This document shows positions 49,630 through 59,255 of a stretch of 64,000 nt of DNA, in pieces (position 1 is the first letter of the stretch; each line of letters starts with the position of its first letter). Below the pieces are notes generated by a model that was not told the DNA's origin, ran no database searches, and saw only the letters and a list, made by a program, of their open reading frames with translations. Origin of the DNA: Leptolyngbyaceae cyanobacterium (GTDB lineage Bacteria > Cyanobacteriota > Cyanobacteriia > Phormidesmidales > Phormidesmidaceae). The stretch lies in contig CBDHHL010000032.1 in assembly GCA_965263355.1 (NCBI GenBank), forward strand, positions 32,001-96,000. The letters are read 5' to 3'. A program made the translations under genes and the position numbers.

Positions 49630-52600
49630 TTAGTCTTGTTGCAAGGGTGGGACTCCGCAAAGGGCGCGATCTTCATCGTTGTATTTCGGATCAGGATTGT
49701 TGGTCAGAAAAGGTCTAAGATGCTCACAGGCACTGGCCAAAAGCTCATCTAGCCTATCCCAGGCATACAGAGGCCAAAGTGTCATCACATTGTCCTCTGT
49801 TAGAGCGATATATCGCCAATCACCACGAATATCAAAATTTGTACCCTCATATTGTGCAATTTGATTGCCGTTGAGGTCCCACAGACGCGCCGTGCCATCC
49901 TCCCCGCTCGTGGCGATCTGCTGACCATCCGGACTGAACGTCACCTGCAAAACACTCCCCTGATGGCCATCAAACTGCTGGATTTGATTGCCGTTGAGGT
50001 CCCACAGACGCGCCGTGCCATCCTCCCCGCTCGTGGCGATCTGCTGACCATCCGGACTGAACGTCACCTGCAAAACACTCCCCTGATGGCCATCAAACTG
50101 CTGGATTTGATTGCCGTTGAGGTCCCACAGACGCGCCGTGCCATCCGCCCCGCTCGTGGCGATTTGCTGACCATCCGGACTGAACGTCACCTGCCAAACA
50201 CTCCCCTGATGGCCCTCCAAACTGCTGGAGTTTGATTGCCGTTGAGGTCCCACAGACGCGCCGTGCCATCCTCGTGGCGATCTGCTGACCATCCGGACTG
50301 AACGTCACCTGCCAAACACTCCCCTGATGGCCATCAAACTGCTGGATTTGATTGCCGTTGAGGTCCCACAGACGCGCCGTGCCATCCGCCCCGCTCGTGG
50401 CGATCTGCTGACCATCCGGACTGAACGTCACCTGCCAAACACTCCCCTGATGGCCATCAAACTGCTGGATTTGATTGCCGTTGAGGTCCCACAGACGCGC
50501 CGTGCCATCCGCCCCGCTCGTGGCGATCTGCTGACCATCCGGACTGAACGTCACCTGCAAAACACTCCCCTGATGGCCCGTCAAAACAAGGGGCGTGTTT
50601 TCAGTATTAACAGAAATTGAATATTCTCCAATTGCTCCTTCAGCATATGTTGTTGCTATGACCTGATAAGAACCATCATTAGGTAACTGAAAAACAATTG
50701 CTGAATTGAGTTCTGAACCACCATCATCATCACGTGCAAGAATATTACCTTTGCTATCGACTAAGAAAAGAAAAGGATCAAACGAATCACTAGTGAGAGA
50801 GATGGAAACTATCTGATGTGCTTTTCCTGAGAATTTATGGCTTGCGTAATGTCTGCCTTCCCGTTCAGAGAAGAAATCAGACTCCGTAATGAGTTCACCG
50901 TCATCACTAAATATGGATTTTGATTTATATGTCTCTAATCTACTCAGATTCCACAGCCTTACTGCACCGCCGCCGCTTGTTAGAGCAATTTGCTCGGTTA
51001 TGGGATTAAACAATATAGATAGAACACTGTACATACTGTTGATTTGATTGCCGTTGAGGTCCCACAGACGCGCCGTGCCATCCTCCCCGCGCGTGGCGAT
51101 CTGCTGACCATCCGGACTGAACGTCACCTGCAAAACACTCCCCTGATGGCCATCAAACTGCTGGATTTGATTGCCGTTGAGGTCCCACAGACGCGCCGTG
51201 CCATCCGCCCCGCTCGTGGCGATCTGCTGACCATCCGGACTGAACGTCACCTGCAAAACACTCCCCTGATGGCCATCAAACTGCTGGATTTGATTGCCGT
51301 TGAGGTCCCACAGACGCGCCGTGCCATCCTCCCCGCTCGTGGCGATCTGCTGACCATCCGGACTGAACGTCACCTGCAAACACTCCCCTGATGGCCATCA
51401 AACTGCTGGATTTGATTGCCGTTGAGGTCCCACAGACGCGCCGTGCCATCCTCCCCGCTCGTGGCGATCTGCTGACCATCCGGACTGAACGTCACCTGCA
51501 AACACGCCCCTGATGGCCATCAAACTGCTGGATTTGATTGCCGTTGAGGTCCCACAGACGCGCCGTGCCATCCTCCCCGCTCGTGGCGATCTGCTGACCA
51601 TCCGGACTGAACGTCACCTGCAAAACACGCCCCTGATGGCCATCAAACTGCTGGATTTGATTGCCGTTGAGGTCCCACAGACGCGCCGTGCCATCCTCCC
51701 CGCTCGTGGCGATCTGCTGACCATCCGGACTGAACGTCACCTGCAAAACACTCCCCTGATGGCCATCAAACTGCTGGATTTGATTGCCGTTGAGGTCCCA
51801 CAGACGCGCCGTGCCATCCTCCCCGCTCGTGGCGATCTGCTGACCATCCGGACTGAACGTCACCTGCAAAACACGCCCCTGATGGCCATCAAACTGCTGG
51901 ATTTGATTGCCGTTGAGGTCCCACAGACGCGCCGTGCCATCCTCCCCGCTCGTGGCGATCTGCTGACCATCCGGACTGAACGTCACCTGCATCCGGAAAC
52001 ATGCCCCTGATGGCCCGTCAATTGAGTTTCACGAACATTATTTAAACCTGTTTGTAATGCTAATAGGGGACTCGCTGCCAGGTAATTTATTCCATTCGCC
52101 TTAATTATGTCATTGGCTTCTTTGGATAGCTTAAATGCCACAAATAAACTTTCTGACTGCTGGGCCTCAAACTTTCGAGATGCATTTACACCAGCCCTCT
52201 CCAAATTAGTCACCCGTCTTACCAATGTGGCCTCAAGTCTTGCGCTCTCCCGTTCTTCAAGGGCCGCAACCTCTGCCAATCTAGCAACCTCTAAATCTCT
52301 CTCAGCTTGCTGACTCGCAATTTCAGCTTCTGTTACTTTTGCCTGAGCACTTTCAATTGCTGCCTGGGCCTCCTGTTGTTCCGCTTTGGTCCGCCGATCA
52401 ATCTCTTTCAGACGAGTATTAGCCTCTTCAACTGATTTCTCAGCCTTTTTTACCTTTTTATCAGCTGCCTGCGCTCTCCTGCTAGCAATGTTTTGCCGAA
52501 ACTCTGCCACTTCAACATCGAAACCGGCTTTCCGTTGTTTCAAATTAGCCCAAATTTCTTGCCTATTTGCTTTCCATGTAGTGAGCCCAGCGTCCAAAGT

Positions 52601-55558
52601 GGACCTATCGGCGTTTTTAGTCGCTGCAATAGCTACCCCAACCGTGACAAAAGCAACTGCAGCGGCAGCGGCAATAGTTCCAGTTAATCCCCGCCGTGCC
52701 TGCCGATTCCTCGCCCGCAAATTCTCTCTTTCATCCTGTATCAGCCCCAACTCCTGACGAGCTTTCGCATTCGCCGCTTCCAGATCCGCCTTCTCACTTT
52801 CCAACAGCAACCGCTTCCGCTTCTCCTCCTCCAGCTCCGCCACCAGTTTCTCCAACTGCGGAGCCTGCGACGCCCGGATCACCCCCGCCAAATAATCATG
52901 CACCAACTGATACCGATCATCCGGCGTATCCGGCAGATACACCACAATGCCCGACCCAGTCAACACCCGTAACACCAGGTCCAGCCCCTGAACCTCTACC
53001 TCAGCCTCCAGACGTACCCCCAACGCCTCCAACTCCCGCACCAACTCCGGCCCCGTCTTTAACGGACGAGTCCCCCGCTCATCCGTCAACAAAAACAACA
53101 CCAGCGACGCCAGCCGTTGATTTTCCTCCCCACAATCCTCCACCACATCATCCAGGTAGCGCTGCACCAACGTCTCCTTTGGCTGTGCCCCCAACTGCCG
53201 ATACTCCCCCAGAGTCTGGATGCCATTTGTCTGCAGCTGCGCCCCCACCACCTGCATCTCGATGGGTCGCACCTCCCGCAACGGCCCCGCCAGATCCCTC
53301 ACCAGCGCATCCACCAGCTCCGGCTCCAAATACATCCGCGACCCCGACGCCAGATTTTCAATAATCGACTTCGTATCCTCCGGGCTAAAATTCCCAATCT
53401 CATAGAGAATCTGTTTCCCCAGAATATCCTCCAGCTGTGCCCGTGCCATCGACCCCGGCTCCAGCTGATTTTGCTTTACCAGCTGTCGCGCCTCTAGCAA
53501 ATAATGCAGATAATCCTCCCGAATCGAAAACACAATCTTTAACGCACCAGGCAGATCCAAACAACGCGCAACAAACTCAAAAAACACCCGCCGCCTCAAC
53601 GGATCAGGATTCGCAAAGAAAAACTCCTCAAACTGATCAAATAACAAAACCGGACGTAACGTTCTATCCTCACAAATTCGCAAAACATCAAGAATCTTGC
53701 TCTCCACCCGCATCTCAAAGTCCCCCAAACTTGGGGGATTTAGGGGGCCACCAACACTACTCACCTCCTCACCATCAGCCCCCCCATCCAAGTCTCCCCC
53801 CAGCAGCTTCAGACCCTCCAGCGCCTTCACCAACTCCTGCTGCCAATCCGTATACTTCCGCACCAATACCGGCACATTTTTCCGATTCTCCAGGGTCCGT
53901 CCCCTCAGCGCCGGCAACAGCCCCCCATTGATCAGCGAACTCTTCCCCACCCCCGATGTTCCATGGACCACCACCAGCTTATGGGTCTTCCCCGCAATCC
54001 GGTTTAAAAGTTCTGTCAGATCCCGCTTTCGCCCCGATGCCTCAATCTCTGGCGCAATCTCCTCCAACGTTTCCCGCTCAGACCGCACCGTCATTCGTTG
54101 TTCTATCCGTTGAGAGCGTAATCGTCCTGCCCCAATGAAGGCCCGTAGGCCGTACTGCTTCTCAATCGCTAACCGCTCTCGCTTAATCTTAAACGCCCTT
54201 AAATAATCTCCCTGCTCCCGCAAACATTGTTGTAACCCTAACAATATGCCACTATATAACGTTGGGTGCTCCATCACCCCCAGGGCCTGGGCTGCTTGTA
54301 AATGGGCGATGGCCGTTGCCCGCTCCCCCAGTCGATGCTTAGCTTCTGCCAACATTTTTAGATACAGCAGCCGCCACCAGCTATCTTGCTTTTTGAGCGT
54401 ATCTAAGGCTGTTTGGGCTAGCTCAGCGCCCCGTTGCCACTGCTGTCGATGCAAGGCCACATCGGCTAAAAAGCCATAGTCCTGGGCTTGTTTACTCGTG
54501 CCTGAATACCGCTGATGCAGCGCTAACGCTTGCTGCGCGGTGGCTTCTAGCTCGTCCCATCGCTCTAACCGATGCAGTACTCGCTCCAGCTGATTAATGC
54601 ATTTTGCCATCAGGTCGGGGCGCTCAGCCTGTTCAAACACAGCTAAAGAGTCCTGCAACGGTGGTACCACCCCTTCCCAGTCTGCACTGCGATACTTTGT
54701 ACTATCCACCACATAGTACCGAGCCCGCCCTAAATAAAACAGCGATAGCCCATATCGCAGCTGTTTATCGGCCTGGGTACGCCAGTAGTTAGCACTCTGC
54801 TGAAATAACTCAATCGCCACCTGGTTGGGCACATCCAGACCCCGCGCAAAGGCCACACTCGCCTGCAAATCTGGCTCTAGCGCGATGCCTTGTGCCTGTA
54901 AAGCTGTCAGGGCTAATGACAACTCATGGGGTTGCAAATAGCCAAAGGCATTGAGCTGTCTTAACTGTTTATTAAATGAAGCGGGGATATCGGGGGCTAA
55001 CAGCGTTTCAAACAAATGATCGCTGGCCAGCTGTAGCCCATGGGTCAGGGCCTCGATGGACAGGGTAAATTCAATGGTTTCACCCCCGGCAATACTTTCA
55101 AAATCGTTGGCATGCTTTGACAGCAGCCGATATCCCTGATCCGTAAACCACAATACCAACGGAAATGGAAACTCCCGCCGAAATTCTTCCCGTCGTTTAT
55201 TTAGCTCTACTAAAAAGACTTCTAAGGAGCCCAGTCGCTCCATGCCTAGCACCAGCACTGCCCCCGGCGGGCTATCCCCTCGCTGCATCATCTGCAGCTG
55301 CGCATACAGGTTGTAGTCATCTGTGCCTAATTGCAACACTTGCACCGGCCCCTGCAGGTCTTCCCCAGCCAGCCGTTGCCCCAGCTGCTCTACCATCTGG
55401 TCCCGCAGACGACCATAGTTGCACCGTGCTAACAGCAACGTAATCGTATCTGCCCCCTGGCCAAAGGCAATGGCACTGGTTAATTCCTCCAGCGCCGCCT
55501 GATTCTGCGCTGAATTCCCAGCAAATTCAAAATTGTCGGTAGGGGGCACAGTATTCAT
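49630..55558 (-). CDS. NLR-like protein: degenerate NTPase-like N-terminus, TPR, STAND NTPase (nSTAND1-like), coiled coil/TM, WD40 repeats with inserted PPC domain; frameshifted in the repeats (assembly error or pseudogene)
   Basis: GTSGVGKSS Walker A, LLFDQFEE, SIREDY, YQLVHDYL; WD40 frames continue through 51492, 50093 and 49630 ORFs. Confidence 0.85.
49858..50580 (-). repeat. Six near-identical about 123-bp WD40-coding repeats
   Basis: Unit GHQGSV(L/W)QVTFSPDGQQIATSG(E/A)DGTARLWDLNGNQIQQFD; one unit damaged at 50215-50275. Confidence 0.95.
51041..52020 (-). repeat. Eight near-identical about 123-bp WD40-coding repeats
   Basis: ttgattgccgttgaggtcccacagacgcg recurs every 122-123 bp from about 51044 to about 51903. 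Confidence 0.95.
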
Positions 55559-55738
55559 CAGATCATGCCTCCTGGGTGGGGCTCCTGGGTGGGTCTAACG
55601 TGCCTATAAAATAGCGAATCTTGGTTAATTGCAACAGGGGGGATGGATTATATATACCGGTGGGGGCGGTGGGTTGTGCTTTGTTGGGAGATACCTTCGT
55701 ATAAATGGTTTGTAAGCACAACCTACCCTACGTCGCAA

Positions 55739-57151
55739 TTATCCCATTATCCCGCTATCGTCCTTTAATTCCTCGGCTTCTAGCAAAATTGGGTTTACGT
55801 CAAACCAGGATTCTCCCTGGTTGCGATATTCAAATACCAGACGACTGTGGATTAATCGCTGATAGTCGTCGTCGCCACCGACTTTTTTTTGCTGCTGTCT
55901 TACTTGCCGTAATAACGCCCATTCATCTGTCGATAGCTGCAGGGTCATCTCATTGCGTCGGGCGCGAATCACTTCTTCTAATTTCGCTTGCTTGAGGGGA
56001 AAATTACGTCCCTTGCGCACCCAGCCGTTGAGCAACCGCAACAGGTCTCGCACATGACCACCACTGGCCATACAAAGACGATCCAAAGATTCTGGCTGCT
56101 CGAACAATGTCATTAGTTGCTCTAACCGTTCGGTTTCTGACTGGGCTGGCATGGCTCGCGCTAGCACTAGCTGCCTGAGCAGCCGCATGCCTTCTTCACA
56201 CAGCTGGCCATTGCGCAACTTTACTGGCACCATGGGCAGCACCTTCGGGTCATCTGTGTACCGTGCCGTCAGCAGCCCATATTCACTGGAAAACTTCAGC
56301 GCCAGGGGAATGGTATACACCTTATGGCAGTGCAGCTTTTGCAAACATTCGTGCTGATCAATAAATAGGTATTCCTGCTGGGACCGGCCAAAGGCTTTGG
56401 GGCGATTGTCAATCCGGTCTAGATTGTCCACAATCACCACCAGCCCTTTTTTGCCCTGTTGCTTAAGCTGTTCGATGGCAGGCTTGAGCAACTCTTCGTT
56501 AATGGCCTCCACCAGCTGATTTTTTTGGGGACCTAAAAACTGATTTAATCGGTCCCGTAGGGTGGCGTCATTCTTCGCTCGGGCGGTGATTTTACCAATC
56601 CCTGCTGCCAGGGAAAATTCGCCGTTGGTATTGGCACTGGCGCTTAGGTCTGATATGCCCGGTGTCTTGATTGGCAACGGCACCGATGCTTCAGCCTCTA
56701 GCTCAATCTCGGTCATCAAGACCTTGGCGGCCTTTTGTAATAACCCCCGCAGGCCCTTCGCATCACCAATGTCGATGCCTTCTAGACTTTGGCTAATGCG
56801 TCGGGCAATGGCCAGCAACACATCGCCAATGTCCACATCGGCCATCTCCAGGTCTTCTGTGGATTCAAAATAAACGACGTGGAACCCCTCTACTTCTAGT
56901 TCTGCCCGCAGTTTTAGCAATTCCGTTGATTTACCACAGCCGATATGGCCGGTAAACAGAGTACAGGTAGGATTCTCGGGTTCGTAAAAGGTGATCAGGT
57001 CTTTGATTTCGGTAATAATCTGCTCCCCACGCACCTCGGAAAAGTCGATATACAGCTGCCGGTCGTCCTCGTTTTGCGGATCAAGGGTGCGGGCAGGGTT
57101 GGTGGCTTGAAAAAACTGACGAACATCTAGCACGGGCTTACCAGGGGGCAT
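55739..57151 (-). CDS. P-loop ATPase (AAA/KAP-like), partner of the downstream STAND gene
   Basis: GHIGCGKST Walker A, VIVDNLDR Walker B, SGGHVRDL, WFDVNP. Confidence 0.88.
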   Translation of the reverse strand: MPPGKPVLDVRQFFQATNPARTLDPQNEDDRQLYIDFSEVRGEQIITEIKDLITFYEPENPTCTLFTGHIGCGKSTELLKLRAELEVEGFHVVYFESTEDLEMADVDIGDVLLAIARRISQSLEGIDIGDAKGLRGLLQKAAKVLMTEIELEAEASVPLPIKTPGISDLSASANTNGEFSLAAGIGKITARAKNDATLRDRLNQFLGPQKNQLVEAINEELLKPAIEQLKQQGKKGLVVIVDNLDRIDNRPKAFGRSQQEYLFIDQHECLQKLHCHKVYTIPLALKFSSEYGLLTARYTDDPKVLPMVPVKLRNGQLCEEGMRLLRQLVLARAMPAQSETERLEQLMTLFEQPESLDRLCMASGGHVRDLLRLLNGWVRKGRNFPLKQAKLEEVIRARRNEMTLQLSTDEWALLRQVRQQQKKVGGDDDYQRLIHSRLVFEYRNQGESWFDVNPILLEAEELKDDSGIMG

Positions 57152-57290
57152 GGCGACGGTAATCGAGGTCTATGTCCCTATAGCTTCAGGTATCGCACAT
57201 TTTTCTCCCAGGGGATGCCCTGACATCGTAATAGTGCTTAACAAAGAAACCTTGATGACTCAATGCGGGATGATCTCCCAGGGGGTTAGA

Positions 57291-57346
57291 GTTCGGAATT
57301 CGGAATTTGGAATTCGGAAGGGAAGCGCATTCTGAACTCCGAATTA
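57291..57346. repeat. Heptamer repeats (TTCGGAA) with inverted copies
   Basis: ttcggaa ttcggaa tttggaa ttcggaa ... ttctgaa ctccgaa tt. Confidence 0.7.
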
Positions 57347-57374
57347 AGTTCTTTCAACGATTGAATTCACCGAC

Positions 57375-58115
57375 TCAGGTAAAATCTACTCGTATAGTCA
57401 GGTTGGCCTTGACCCGACGACCGCCATCAACAATAAATAGAATTTCGGCAAATCCTCCAGGGCCGGGTTCTTTAACTGTATATAGACGAGTTACGGACCC
57501 AAATCGGGTTTCATAGGTAGTGACGCTACTCGGCCCCAAATATTGTCCCGTATTGGGATCCACATCCCCTTCCCAGGTGCCCCAGTCCTCAAATCGATTA
57601 CGGGTAGGGACCAGGGCACCATCTAGCTCCAGGGCATCTAAATGTTCATCACCGCCTAATACTGTCATGCCCCGATCTACGCCCGCTGTCGTTGAGCCGG
57701 TAAATGTAATGGGGCTAACAAAGTTGTTTGCAATTTGAATTGTTCCAAACCCTGGATTAGGTCCCAGGCGCTCATTACGTTGTCTACCCCAGAGAGGATT
57801 GTCCACATTGCCTAAACGTTTGGCAAACGGGGTGGCGTTGTCTATATAATTGCGGTTTGTAAACTCCTGTTGAACCGATTGCACGACGTCCGCAATGACC
57901 GGATCCGTTTCAGGCGGTAGGTTTTCCGATTCTCCTCGGGCGATATTAACCTGACGAAAGGTTCTAAAGACAGCATCGGCCCGACCATCTTGACTCAGAC
58001 GATAGTCCAGAGAGTAGGCATTAGCGGGTTTAGGAAAGAAGAAACTAGAGGTTCCAACAAAGGAAAGTCCTCCCAGGGTACTTGTCTGAATAAACCGACG
58101 TCGGTTTAAGCTCAT
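57375..58115 (-). CDS. Tat-exported hypothetical protein
   Basis: LNRRRFIQ twin-arginine signal with ANA cleavage site. Confidence 0.75.
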   Translation of the reverse strand: MSLNRRRFIQTSTLGGLSFVGTSSFFFPKPANAYSLDYRLSQDGRADAVFRTFRQVNIARGESENLPPETDPVIADVVQSVQQEFTNRNYIDNATPFAKRLGNVDNPLWGRQRNERLGPNPGFGTIQIANNFVSPITFTGSTTAGVDRGMTVLGGDEHLDALELDGALVPTRNRFEDWGTWEGDVDPNTGQYLGPSSVTTYETRFGSVTRLYTVKEPGPGGFAEILFIVDGGRRVKANLTIRVDFT

Positions 58116-58291
58116 AGAATTGGATATTGATACTCAGGTCTACGAATGAGAAAAAAGAGAGCACACACCTGACTTGAAGAGTCTATCTCAAGTTTGAATT
58201 ACCCAATCCCGATTCGAAATGAATAATTCTGTAGGGGCTGTAGCTTATGTCAGCCCTAAGGATATCAGGGGATATCAGTTAGGATTTCGGA

Positions 58292-59113
58292 TTAGAGAAG
58301 ATCTAAAATCCTCTCGATTGTATTCTCGAATTTTTCAATGTCGTCTAATACAGTGCCTGCATCCTCAACTACATCACCAGAATCGTTAGGACGTGTATGC
58401 CCCTCAGACCGTTCAGAATCTGTAGCCGTTGGATTATTTGTAGGCTCCTCACTTGTGCTTACGGTATCTCCCCTTAAGACTGCACCACTAGTACTGGGAC
58501 TGCTGTGCGTACTACTACCTCCGCCAGTATGGAGTTTGGCCTCTAAAAAATGAAGATTACAGTTGCTACTCTTCCCGCCGGGACCTGAGCGATGACAAAT
58601 TAGTTCGACTGAAAAATCTTCGCCATTGCCCAGTATCAAGGTTGTGTTGATTAAGCTCCCTGGAACAATGTTGTCATAGGAATGAATTATATTACCGCTT
58701 TGGTAAACATTAACGGTGGCTAAGGAATCTCTAGCTGCATCCTCATCAGGTACTCCCATCTGTAAAACTAACAATGGAAAGGTACTAGAGTCTGCCAAAC
58801 AAGTAAGCGCAGCTTCATAGGTAGCCCGAATCGGCATAAAAAACTGTGATTCATAGGGGCGTCTATTTACTGCAACTAGCGATGACCCGGTACTTAAACG
58901 ATCGTATGTTGAGCGCGATGTGTTGTACGTACATTGGGCACCATCTAGCAACGGCATTTCTTGTTCAGGTCCCACACGACCTCTGGCGTTGGGGTCCGAC
59001 TGACCGAAAGCGGGGGTAAGGGAGCAAAGCCACACGAGTGGCAAAATCAACGCGACAGCGTTTGCGTTTGAGTACAGATAAGACATGGCTATTAGTTGCT
59101 CAGGAATGCCCAC
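58292..59113 (-). CDS. Secreted hypothetical protein (beta-sandwich-like core, low-complexity tail)
   Basis: Signal-like LILPLVWLCSLTPAFG; four Cys in the mature region; S/T-rich linker. Confidence 0.65.
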   Translation of the reverse strand: MGIPEQLIAMSYLYSNANAVALILPLVWLCSLTPAFGQSDPNARGRVGPEQEMPLLDGAQCTYNTSRSTYDRLSTGSSLVAVNRRPYESQFFMPIRATYEAALTCLADSSTFPLLVLQMGVPDEDAARDSLATVNVYQSGNIIHSYDNIVPGSLINTTLILGNGEDFSVELICHRSGPGGKSSNCNLHFLEAKLHTGGGSSTHSSPSTSGAVLRGDTVSTSEEPTNNPTATDSERSEGHTRPNDSGDVVEDAGTVLDDIEKFENTIERILDLL

Positions 59114-59255
59114 GGTTAACGTCTTGATTATCTAAGGTCTTATCACCAAAAGGCATTGATTGATGACTAACAAGAGGACCGATGTGTAAAAGTTCACCCT
59201 GCCCTGTTAACCGTTAAATATTGGTTAAAGATGCAGCGAAGACTATTAAATCAAG

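Noticed and set aside
49096..49676. Short ORFs 49096..49338 and 49344..49676
   Set aside because: Composed largely of palindromes and direct repeats; no protein motif.
50210..52000. Frameshifts in the WD40 array as programmed phase variation
   Set aside because: Mostly single-base losses in A4 runs (near 51378 and 51500) and locally garbled units, typical of unpolished long-read assembly in repeats; cannot be judged without reads.
49858..52020. 123-bp repeats as a CRISPR array or DGR
   Set aside because: Repeats are contiguous, have no unique spacers and encode WD40 blades; no cas or reverse transcriptase gene in the window.
52696..54138. Long Pro-rich plus-strand ORFs
   Set aside because: Antisense shadows of the G-rich STAND coding strand.
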